A stretch of DNA of 64,000 bases, from the NCBI GenBank assembly GCA_963745645.1, contig CAVUYD010000009.1:1805-65804 (forward strand), in the 5' to 3' direction. Positions 22,792-32,707 of the stretch are shown here, in pieces (position 1 is the stretch's first letter; each line of letters begins with the position of its first letter). The position numbers and the translations under genes were made by a program. This DNA is from an uncultured Actinomycetes bacterium (GTDB taxonomy: Bacteria; Actinomycetota; Acidimicrobiia; IMCC26256; PALSA-610). The notes beneath the pieces were generated by a model, which saw only the letters and a program-made list of their open reading frames with translations, searched no databases and had not been told where the DNA came from.

Positions 22792-25700
22792 GCACCGCCA
22801 CCGCGGACGCCGAGGTCGTCACGCGCCCCGTCACCGAGTCGACGCGCCTCGCGCACCGCGCTCGGCTACCTCGGTCTCGCGTCGCATCGCGTACATCCCG
22901 CTGCTCCGGTCGTCACCGGGCAAGGTCGCGGCCGACACGAAGCAGTACCTGTACCTCGACCCGGGCCGATTGCTCGGCGCGGGCGACGTCGATGTGGGAT
23001 CCGAACATCGGGATGGGCACCGTCACGCACCAGAACATCGGCTACCTGTTCCCGATGGGGCCGTACTACTGGCTCCTCGACCGGCTCGGGGTGCCCGACT
23101 GGGTCGCGCAGCGGCTCTGGCTCGGCTCGTTGCTGTTCGTCGCGGCGCTCGGCGTGCTGTACCTGTTGCGCACGTTCGGGCTCCGCGGCCCGGGCATCGT
23201 CGTGGCCGCGCTCGCGTACATGCTGCACGCCGTACTCGCTCGACTACGCGGCGCGGATCTCGGTGTTGCTCCTGCCGTGGGCCGCGCTGCCGTGGATGAT
23301 CGCGTCTGATCCGCAAGGCGTTGCGCGACGGCGGATGGCGCTATCCCGCGTTGTTCGCGCTCGTCGTGCAGCTGGTCGGCGGCGTGAACGCGACCGCGCT
23401 CGTCTTCGCCGGCGTCGGGCCCGTGCTCTGGATCCTCTACGCGTGGCTCGTCGCGCGCGAGGTGCGGTGGCGGCGTGCGCTCGGCGTCACGGCGCAGCAC
23501 GGGCGTGCTCACGCTCGCTGACGTCGCTGTGGTGGATCGCGGGCCTTGCGCATCCAGGGCGCGCTACGGCCTCGACATCCTGAAGTACACCGAGACGGTC
23601 GACGGCGGTCGCCGCGCACGTCGACGCCGAACGAGGTCCTGCGCGGGCTCGGCTACTGGTTCTTCTACGGCCAGGACCGCCTCGGCCCGTGGATCGAAGC
23701 GGCGCGCGACTACACGCAGCACTCGGTCGTGATCCTCGCCGGCTACGGCCTCGTCGCGCTCGCGCTGCTCGCGGCCGGCGTTCGTGCGCTGGCGGCACCG
23801 CGTGCTTCTTCGTCGCGTTGCTGCGTCGTCGGCGTCGTCATCGCGGTCGGCGCGCATCCGTACGACGAGCCCGACGCCGCTCGGCGCGCTGTTCAAGGCG
23901 TTCGCGACCGGCTCGACCGCGGGCCTCGCGCTGCGGAGCACCGGTCGCGCCGATGCCGCTCGTCGTGCTCGCGCTGGCGGTCCTCCTCGGCCTCGGCGTC
24001 GAACGCGGCTGTCGACGGCACTGCGGCGCGACGCGCGGCCGGTGCTCGCGGTTCGCAGTCGCGGTCGCTCGTCGTCGCGCTGTTGTTCGTCAACTTCCCG
24101 GCGCTCGTTCGACGGGACGTTCTACGGCAAGAACCTGCAGCGACCGGAGGACATCCCGTCGTACTGGACAGGACGCCGCGGCCGCGCTCGACGCCGGCGA
24201 TCACCAGACCCGCGTCCTCGAGCTCCCGGGCTCCGACTTCGCGTCGTACACGTGGGGCAACACCGTCGATCCGATCACGCCCGGTCTGATGGACCGGCCG
24301 TACGTCGCGCGCGAGCTCATCCCGTGCGGCACGGCCCGGCCGAGCGCCGACCTGCTGAACGCGCTCGACCGCCGCGATCCAGGAGGGCATCGCTCGATCC
24401 CGAACGGGCTTCGCACCGATCGCGCGGCGCATGGGCGTCGGCGACGTCGTGCTGCGCAACGACATCCAGTACGAGCGCTACAACCTGGTGACGCCGCGCG
24501 ATCTCGACCGCGCTGTTCGCGTCCGTTCCCGGGCTCGGCGCCGCGGCCGGGTTCGGGCCGCCCCTGCCGAATCTGCCGGACCGGCCGCACCAGGACGAGC
24601 TGACACTGCGGGCGCCGGCCAACGAAGCGCCCGCCGCGCCCGTCGTCGTCTACCCGGTCGACGACCCGACCCCGATCGTGCGGTCGGAGTCGACGCGAGC
24701 ACGCGCTCGATGCTCGCCGGTGACGGCGACGGGTTGGTCGACGCGGCCGAGGTCGGTCTGCTCGACGGCGCCGGGATCGTCCAGTACTCCGCGTCGTACA
24801 CCGACGCGCACCGGATTGCGCGCTGCGCTCGAGAACGACACCACGCTCGTGGTCACCGACTCGAACCGTCGCGCCGCGCGCCGGTGGAGCTCGGTCCGCG
24901 ACAACGTCGGCTTCACCGAGCAACCGGGGGAGAAGGCGATCCGGGACGACCTCGGCGACGCCCGGCTCGACGTGTTCCCCGCCGATGCCGACGCGGCGCG
25001 CTCGACAATGGATCAGCAAGGCGTCGCGTGGGCGACCGCGACGAGCTACGGCAACACGATCACGTACACGCCCGAGGACGGCGCGGCGCGTGCCTTCGAC
25101 GGCGATCGTCGACACCGCGTGGCGGGCCGGTGCGTTCGGCGCCGCGATCGGTCAGAGGATCCGGGTCGACCTCGACGACGCGATCACGACCGATCACGTC
25201 AACCTCGTGCAACCGATCAACGGCGCCCGCGACCGCTACATCACCAAGGTGCAGCTGCGTTTCGACGGTGGCAAGCCCGTCGACGCCGAGCTCGACGCGT
25301 CATCCCGTACCGCAACCGGCCAGACCATCTCGTTCGCGCCGCGGCACTTCCGGCGGCTCGAGATCGCGGTGACCGGCAGCAACCTCGGGAACCGCCGGCT
25401 CGCCGGCAATGCCAACGCGGTCGGGTTCGCGGAGGTCCGCGTCGCCGACGCCAAGACCGGCACGCCGGTGCGGGTGCGGGAAGTGGTGCGGATGCCGTCG
25501 GACCTGCTCGCAGCCACCGGCCCGTCATCGACCAACCACCCGCTCGTCGTGCTGATGAGCCGGGATCGCATCCTGCCGGTGCCGCCGCGCAGCGATCCCG
25601 AGCAGGCGATCGCGCGCGAGTTCACGCTTCCTGACCAGCGCGACTTCGCGCTCACCGGCACGGCTCGGATCACGAGCGAGGCCGACGCGCCGACGATCGC

Positions 25701-27260
25701 GGCCGCGATGGGTGACGCGACCGCAGCAACCGGCGGCATCACCGCGGACTCCAAGGAGTTCCTCCAGGGTTGCGCGGCGTGCGGACCGCGAGCCGCGATC
25801 GACGGCGATCTCACGACCGCCTGGCAGACGCCGTTCGTCGGCGCCGGCGGCCAGTGGGCCGACTACCAGCTGCCGACGCCGATCACGTTCGATCACATGA
25901 ACCTCTCGGTCATCGCCGACGGTCGCCACTCGGTGCCCACCCGCATCCGCCTCGACGTCGGCGGCGATGTGCGCGAGCTCGCGCTCCCGCCGATCACCGA
26001 CCAGGCCGCCGAGAACGCGACCGCGACCGTGCCGCTGTCGTTCCCGGCGGTGACCGGCAGCGACGTGCGCGTGACGATCGAGGACGTGCGCGAAGCTGCA
26101 GACGTTCAACTACTTCTCGAACGGTCTCTCGCTCTCGCCCGCGGCCATCGCAGAACTGGGTATCCCCGGGCTGCAGGCACCGCCGCGCGCGGCATCGCTG
26201 AGCGGCGTGTGCCGGAGCGACCTGCTGCAGATCGACGGCCGAGTCGTACCCGTGCGCGTCGTCGGATCCACGCAGGACGCGATCGCGACGGCGCCGCTGA
26301 GTGTCGAGCCCTGCGACCCGGCCGATCCCGCGCGCACGCCAACGTTGACCCTCGACGCGGGTCGGCATGTCGTGTCGGCCGCGCCGGGCATCGACACCGG
26401 CCTGCAGCTCGACCGGCTCGTGCTCGCGTCGGATGCCGGCGGCGCGGCCGGTTCGGTCGCAGATGGGCGCGTCACGGACCGGCCGAGCGCGCCGCCCACC
26501 CCGCACGTCGAGGTCGTGCACGAGGGCCGCACGCGCGTGCGTGTCCACGTCGATGGTGCCGACGAGCCGTTCTGGCTCGTGCTCGGCCAGTCCGAGAACG
26601 CGGGCTGGCACGCCACCACCGACGGTGCCGCGCTCGGCCCGCGCCGGCTCGTCGACGGGTTCGCGAACGGCTGGCGCGTCGACCCGAAGACCGGGTCGTT
26701 CGACGTCGTGCTGCAGTGGACACCGCAACGAGGCGTGTGGGCCTCGATCTGGATCTCGTTCGCGGCCGGGATGGCCTGCCTCGGGATCATCGCGTTCACG
26801 TGGTGGCGGCGCCGGGCCGCGCTCGCACTCGTGACCGCGCCGGACCCCGACGACGTGCGGGTCGCGCTGGAGTGGCCGGGCGCCGACGAGTCGCCCGCGC
26901 TCGCCGGCCGCACGCAGGTGTGGGTCCCCATCGCGTGCGCGCTCGCGGCCGGTCTCATCGCCGCGCCGTGGATCGGCGTACTTGTCGGCGTCGTCGTGGC
27001 CGCCGCGCTGCGCTGGCGCGCCGGTGCGACTGTTCCTCGCCTGCGCGCCCGCGTTCCTCCTCGCGGGCGCCGGCGTCTACATCGCGTTCGCGCAGGTGCG
27101 GTACCAGACGCCCCCGATCTTCGAGTGGCCCACCGTGTTCCCCCGGGCGCGCACCATGGCGTGGCTCGCACTGGTCTTGCTCGCCGCGGCGGTGGTGGTC
27201 GACCTCGTCCGGCGCCGAGGCTTCAGCCGCACCGGGAACGATCCGCGGGACCGCAGCTAG
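22788..27260 (+). CDS. aftD: AftD/DUF3367-like alpha-(1->3)-arabinofuranosyltransferase homologue with F5/8-type domains; heavily frameshifted
   Basis: ADTKQYLYLDP, WDPNIGMGTVTHQNIGYLFPMGPY, WVAQRLW, GGVNAT, EVLRGLGYW, IPSYW, YTWGNTVD, two (A)FDGD/IDGD..TAW discoidin motifs, VDGFANGW. Confidence 0.8.
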
Positions 27261-27297
27261 CGTGGCGGCGCCTGCCCGCACCAGGAGCACCGATGTG

Positions 27298-28341
27298 ATG
27301 ACCGACTTCACGATCGTCACCGACGACGGCGAGACCACCGTCGACGCCACGCGCGCGGATGGCTCGGTCCGCCTCGATCCCGCCGCCCTGACGCGCGCCA
27401 CCGGGTGGGAGCTGAAGCCCGAGGGGCTCTGCCGCGACGACATCTGCGTCCCCGTGCGCGACCGCGACGCGCTCGTCGTCGATGACGCCATCGACCTCCC
27501 CGAGTTCGCCGCGGTGCTGCGCCATCCCCTCGTCGTCGACGACGAGGTCGATCTCGCGGTGCTCGGCGCGTCGACGAGCGAACGCGCGGCCGAACGCGAA
27601 GGCCTGCGTGTGCCCGCCGACCTCGCGCTGCGTGACCTCGACGGCAACGTCCACCACTGGGGTGAGCTCGGGCGCAAGAAGAAGCTGCTCTTCGCATGGG
27701 CATCCTGGTGAGGCTGCCGCTACGACCTTCCCGGGTGGAAGGTCCTGCACGAGGAACTGCGCGACAAGGGGTTCACGGTCGTCGCGCTCGCGCTCGACGA
27801 AGCTGACGCCGCGCGCGAGTGGGTCGACGCCGCCGCACCCACCTATCCCACATTCGTCGACCCCGATCACGTGATCGCGGAACGGCTCGCGATCTACAAC
27901 GTGCCGACGGTCATCTGGTTCGACGAGGACGACCGCGTCGTCCGCCCCCCGGTGATGGCCCCGGTCGACGATCTGTTCAAGGACTTCACCAACGTCGACT
28001 CGACCGTGCACCACGACCAGCTACGCGCCTGGGTCAACGACGGCACGCTGCCGTTCGACGAGACGGAGACCCGCAGCCGCATTCCGGCGCCCACTGAAGA
28101 CGAAGTGCTCGCGCGTGCCGAACGACGCATGGGCGCGCACCTCCACCGCCTCGGCCGGCACGATCGCGCCGCCGTCCACTTCGCCCGCGCGGTCGAGTTG
28201 GCGCCGATGGACTTCACGATCCGGCGCGGCACCCTCCCGATGAACGGCGGCGACCCCTTCGGCCAGGAGTTCTTCGACTTCTGGGAAGAGTGGAAAGCCG
28301 CCGGCGCCCCCGGTTACAGCAGCGCCGACCAAGGCGGCTGA
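27298..28341 (+). CDS. Selenocysteine-containing thioredoxin-fold (TlpA/ResA/AhpC-TSA-like) protein, 347 aa, Sec at codon 138
   Basis: AGGAG RBS. A single frame is interrupted only by TGA 27709-27711 in LLFAWASW-U-GCRYDLPGW, then continues ELRDKGFTVVALALD..TYPTFVD..NVPTVIWFDE to TGA 28341. Confidence 0.88.
27724..27744 (+). promoter_or_regulatory. Candidate bacterial SECIS hairpin
   Basis: GACCTTCC-CGGGT-GGAAGGTC: perfect 8-bp stem with a G-containing 5-nt loop, beginning after a 12-nt spacer 3' of the in-frame TGA. Confidence 0.75.
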
Positions 28342-28450
28342 GGCACGGCTTCGCGCGCCCGGCAAGAGCAGCGGCGAGGCCTGCGCACCGCAACGCGCAG
28401 GGATAGCCACCCCCGACTCAATCGGGCAGTTCGGCGTGACCATGTGCGCG

Positions 28451-28496
28451 CTGTGTCCCACAGATGAACCGCATGCGGGCCATTTGTGGGACACAG
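28451..28496. repeat. Long inverted repeat (REP-like element or bidirectional terminator)
   Basis: CTGTGTCCCACAGATG..CCGCATGCGG..CATTTGTGGGACACAG: 16-bp arms with one G-U pair, between convergent genes. Confidence 0.7.
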
Positions 28497-28572
28497 TCGG
28501 CGGATACCTAATGCCCGCTCTGGAACTGTTATGTGAGTACCTACGTATGTGACGAGCGAACGGGTTGCTGGC

Positions 28573-29070
28573 TCAGATGGCGTCTTCGCTGTCAGCGGCG
28601 AGCTGCCTGCAGACGTCAGCAACGCTGATACCGGTCTGTTCTGCTGCGAGTCTGATCATGATGACGGCGGCGTACAGCGCGAAGCAGTCCAGGTCTTGGA
28701 CGCGCCACCAGCCAGCGCGGTCGTCGTAGTCGGGCTCGATACCGGCGTGGATCTCAACCGCCAGCTCGAGAGCCGCGCGTAACTTCTGGCGGGCGGTGTT
28801 GCCCCGAAACTCGTGGTCTGGAAGCAGTCGTTCCGGCGCGCCCGACAATGAGATCGGCGACGAGCGCGTCGCGCCGGCGATTCGAAGACGCGTCGGCGGC
28901 GAGCTCACAGCACACGTCGGCCGGAAACGGGAACGTGATGTCATCGCCAGACATGAGTGTGTCGGCCAGGTTCGTCAGGGGTTCACCGGCTGATGCGACG
29001 GCGAGCACGCGGCGACGGACCTGCACTCGAGCCGCATCTGTCGCGTCCCGCTTCGTCACGTCCTCGACCG
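28573..29070 (-). CDS. Hypothetical protein (frameshift near 28880; start uncertain)
   Basis: Helical protein-like segments in two frames (..RRRVLAVASAGEPLTNLADTL.. / ..RAALELAVEIHAGIEPDY..FALYAAVIMIRLAAE). Confidence 0.45.
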
Positions 29071-29204
29071 TACCGCGCGGGTTCACCTGACTGTGGCTGC
29101 TCCGCGGGGCGTGTGAATCTTGGCGCGCTGCGGCATCGCCCGCGGCGTGCTGCGAGCGCGCGTTCTGGGCGCGTTGCTGATCGGCAGGTCGGACGCGCCG
29201 CCGG

Positions 29205-29942
29205 TCAGGAGCCCGGCAGCTCTTCCCACGCCGCGACGGTGAGCCGCTGCGCGTGGAGGAGCTCGTAGAACGGCAGGTGATGGGCCGCGAAACGTGCCAG
29301 CTCGTCGGAGCTCTCGACGGTGTGGGTGTACCTGCGCTCGCGCGACGCGAAGCCGGAGCTGGCACTGACGTCGAGGTGCCAGCGTGCGGACCGACGCCAC
29401 TCGGACCGTTCGCCCGGCTCCCACGTGAGCGCCTCCGGGATGAACGGCAGCTCGACGGCCACGCAGTACGCCGCCATCGTCGCTTCGGGCCGTGCGACGA
29501 GATCGTCGGAATCGATGACGAGCGGGCGGTGTCCACCGGCGTCACGAACTGCCGTGTGCAGCTTGTGCAGTGTCTCCAGCCCGATCGAGTCGATGCGCAT
29601 GTCGGGCTCCACCGCGTAGAACGATGCTGCGATCTCCTCGGGACGGCGGATGAGGAACGCGTGCCGCGCCTCCGCGAGGAAGCGCCGATCGGCGAGGACC
29701 TCATGGTGTCGGTGGTCGGGCGTGTCCTTGAGGAACACCTTGACGTCGTGGGTCTGATCACGCAGCCAGGCGAGGAGCGCCACGGGTGAATCGAACGGCA
29801 ACCCGGCGACGTCGGTCTCACCAAGGCCCGCCAGGTCACAGAACGGTTCGTGGACGGCGACCATGTCCCCGCGCTCGACCATCGAACGGAAGAAGGCCGT
29901 CGAGCGTGCTCGCGGTGCGCTCCACAATGCGAACACCGGCAT
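29205..29942 (-). CDS. Sulfotransferase-like P-loop protein
   Basis: ALWSAPRARSTAFFRSM, HEPF, FLKD, FLIRRP, VIDSDDL, ALTWEPG..WH. Confidence 0.8.
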   Translation of the reverse strand: MPVFALWSAPRARSTAFFRSMVERGDMVAVHEPFCDLAGLGETDVAGLPFDSPVALLAWLRDQTHDVKVFLKDTPDHRHHEVLADRRFLAEARHAFLIRRPEEIAASFYAVEPDMRIDSIGLETLHKLHTAVRDAGGHRPLVIDSDDLVARPEATMAAYCVAVELPFIPEALTWEPGERSEWRRSARWHLDVSASSGFASRERRYTHTVESSDELARFAAHHLPFYELLHAQRLTVAAWEELPGS

Positions 29943-30066
29943 CGTCGCAACGTATCCCTGAACGCCGGATCGAGGGCACCGAACGACGGGACCGAACGAC
30001 GCGCAGCAGACGCGCGGCGGTGCCGCGCTCGACTCGCCGGCGCGCGACCGGGCATCCTGTGCGCGC

Positions 30067-30186
30067 TTGGAACCGAGCTCGTTGCACATCCGTGACGCCG
30101 TCGACGGTGACATGCCGGTCTTGCCGGAGGTCGGCCGCAAGTTCGATCGTTGGCTCGATCTCGTGCTCATGCAGCGGATCCTCTGA
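30067..30186 (+). pseudogene. Internally deleted phosphinothricin-acetyltransferase-like (YncA/MddA) GNAT relic
   Basis: LEPSSLHIRDAVDGDMPV joined directly to LPEVGRKFDRWLDLVLMQRIL*: N- and C-terminal signatures with the core missing. Confidence 0.65.
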
Positions 30187-30213
30187 GATCGTGCGTCGGA
30201 AGGGATTTGCAAC

Positions 30214-30975
30214 ATGCGTTTCGTTCTCGTGCACGGCGGCTTCCACGGTGCGTGGTGTTGGAGCCGCACGATCCCCGAGTTGGAGCGGCTCGGTCACGAA
30301 GCGATCGCGATCGACATCCCCGGCCACGGCGCGCGCGTGCACGAGACCGCGACCTTGGCCGGACGGCTCGACGCGGTGGTCTCGGTGCTCGAGCCGGGAG
30401 ACGTGCTCGTCGGGCACTCCGGAGGGGGACTGGAGATCACTCGCGTGGCCGATGCCGCGCCTGACCTCGTCAGCCATCTGGTGTACCTCGCGGCCGCGTT
30501 GCCGTTGGAAGGACGGCTGATGCAGGAAGCACTCGTGTACCGCGACGACGGCGTGACCGAGCTCGACTACGACGTGACCGCCATGCTGCAGCACCTGCGC
30601 ATCGGCAACGACGGCTCGATGGCGTTCGCCGATGCCGAAGGCGCCCGCGCGCTCTTCTACCACGACTGTGACGAAGCGACCGTTCGCTGGGCGTTCGACC
30701 ACTTGACGCCGGAAACCGCGGGGGACACCGCGACGACACCGATCTCGGTGCCGCGCTTCTGGGACGCCGAGCTTCCCCGCAGCTTCATCGTGTGCTCGGA
30801 GGACCGCGCGCAACCGAGGTGGCTCGCCGACGTGACCGCGCGCCGGCTCGGCGTCGAACCGCTCGCGATCGACGCGTCGCACTCGCCGTTCCTCAGCCGT
30901 CCGGCCGAGCTCGCGCAGCTGTTCGTCGACGCGACGGCGACCGTACCGGTCGGCCCACTGAAGCCGAACGGCTGA
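30214..30975 (+). CDS. Alpha/beta hydrolase (methylesterase-like)
   Basis: FVLVHGGFHGAWCW, LVGHSGGG, EDRA, ASHSPFLSRP. Confidence 0.9.
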   Translation: MRFVLVHGGFHGAWCWSRTIPELERLGHEAIAIDIPGHGARVHETATLAGRLDAVVSVLEPGDVLVGHSGGGLEITRVADAAPDLVSHLVYLAAALPLEGRLMQEALVYRDDGVTELDYDVTAMLQHLRIGNDGSMAFADAEGARALFYHDCDEATVRWAFDHLTPETAGDTATTPISVPRFWDAELPRSFIVCSEDRAQPRWLADVTARRLGVEPLAIDASHSPFLSRPAELAQLFVDATATVPVGPLKPNG

Positions 30976-30989
30976 CGCGTGGCGCGCCG

Positions 30990-32253
30990 CTACAGCACGA
31001 CCGGCACGGGCTCCTCGACGCACGCCTCGCGTGCGTCGCGGCGAGCCTTGGCGATGGCGCGGTTCCCCACGAGGCGCGGCGCGATCGCCCCGATCGCGAG
31101 CGAGATGATCGCGAACATGAGGAGCGGCGCGCGCAGCGACCACGTGGCCAGTAGGCCACCGGCCAGCGCGCCGATCGGCCACACACCCCAGAGCGCGGTG
31201 CGGAAGAGGCTGAACACGCGGCCGCGCAGCGCGTCGGGCGTGAGCTCCTGGCGCAGCGAGTAGCTCACGACATCGGTCCAGGCGTGGCACGCGAACACGA
31301 TGCCGATCGCAGCACCGCACACGTACGCGTTGGACGTGAGCGCGGCGACGATCGTCGCGGCACCGGCCGCGATGTAGCCGCCGACGATCACCGTGCCGGC
31401 GCCGAACGCCCCGGTGACGCGGTTCGTGACCAGTGCGGCGAGGGTGCCGCCGACCGCGCCGGCCGCCAGCAGCAGGCCGAACCCGGCGTCACCGGTGTGC
31501 AGGACGCGCAGCGAGAACAGCACGAGCGTCGCCTCGACGGCGGCGGCGCCGAAGTTGGCGATCGCACCGAACGCGGCCAGGCTGCGCAGCACCGGGTTGC
31601 GCCGGAGGAAGTTCCACCCACCGGCCAGGTCCTCGCGCAACGTCGCGACGACCCGCTCGTCGGTGCGTGCGCGCCGGGCGCGGAACGTCCCGGTCATCGC
31701 GGCGACGAGTGCGGCCGCGACGATGAACGAGAGCGCGTCGAGCCCGAACGGCAGCCAGACCGCCCACGTGAACAGCAGCGCACCCAGCGCGGGTCCGAGC
31801 AGCTCCTTCGCCGTCGACTCGCTGGCGATGAGGCGGCCGTTGGCCCGCTCGAGCTGCTCCATGGGCACGATGTTCGGCACGACGCCCGCCGCGGCCGGAT
31901 CGAACAGCGTCTCGCCGCAGGCGAGCACGAAGATCACGAGCCACACGACTGCGATCTCGCCGCCGCCCATCGCGACGGTGATGGCGAGCATCGCCACGAT
32001 CAGCGCGCGGCAGCGCGTCGACGCCGACCATCACCCGGCGCCGGTCGTACCGGTCGGCGACGACCCCACCGAGCACCCCAACGAGGAGGAAGGGGAGACC
32101 GCGTGCGATCTGCGTCCCCGCGATGAGAACCGGGGAGTTGGTGAGGTGCGCGGCCAAGAGGGGGAATGCCGCGAGTGCGACCCCGTCCCCCAGGAACGAG
32201 GTGGTCGCTGCCAGCCAGAGTGTGTTGAACCGCCCGCCAAGACGGCGTTCCAC
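30990..32253 (-). CDS. MFS transporter; frameshift near 32015
   Basis: FNTLWLAATTSFLGDG, GVVADRYDRRRVM, ERANGRL, LRGRVFS. About 12 TM segments. Confidence 0.85.
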
Positions 32254-32365
32254 GAACCTGAGACTAATGACCGCGCATCCCTTCGTCACGTGTTCGACGG
32301 AGAGTGACCCTGCGCGCGACGCGCGGTTCAAGTGCGCACACGTGCGCGCCGATCGTTCGTTGCAC

Positions 32366-32662
32366 ATGTTCGACGACACGCGCGGCATCGACGAAGCGCT
32401 CGCGGCGATCCTCTGGGTCGGTGTCGCGTTGCTCGTCGCGAACGCGGTGTGCGCGTGGCGACTGGGGCGCGTGAACGCGCGCACAAGCGTCCGCGGCTTC
32501 GGGCTCGGGTTCATCACGGTCGTGTGCGCCGAGATCGCGACCGTGGTGGTTTGGCGCGCGGTGGGTGGCGAGATGACGGGGTTCGACGCGCTTTGGCTGC
32601 TCGGCGTGGTCGCCGTGGGCACCGCGAGCGCGCTCGGCCTCCGCCGTCATCGGTTGCGGTAG
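32366..32662 (+). CDS. Small hypothetical membrane protein
   Basis: Three hydrophobic helices from MFDDTRG onward. Confidence 0.45.
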   Translation: MFDDTRGIDEALAAILWVGVALLVANAVCAWRLGRVNARTSVRGFGLGFITVVCAEIATVVVWRAVGGEMTGFDALWLLGVVAVGTASALGLRRHRLR

Positions 32663-32707
32663 AAAAAGTGATCCTGGGAACGGAGCCGCCGAGCGCGACA
32701 ATGGCGG

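Noticed and set aside
24985..27711. 908-aa ORF suggesting an AftD-redoxin fusion
   Set aside because: AftD leaves this frame near 26100 and ends at 27260. The intervening translation is off-frame, and the redoxin has its own AGGAG and ATG at 27298.
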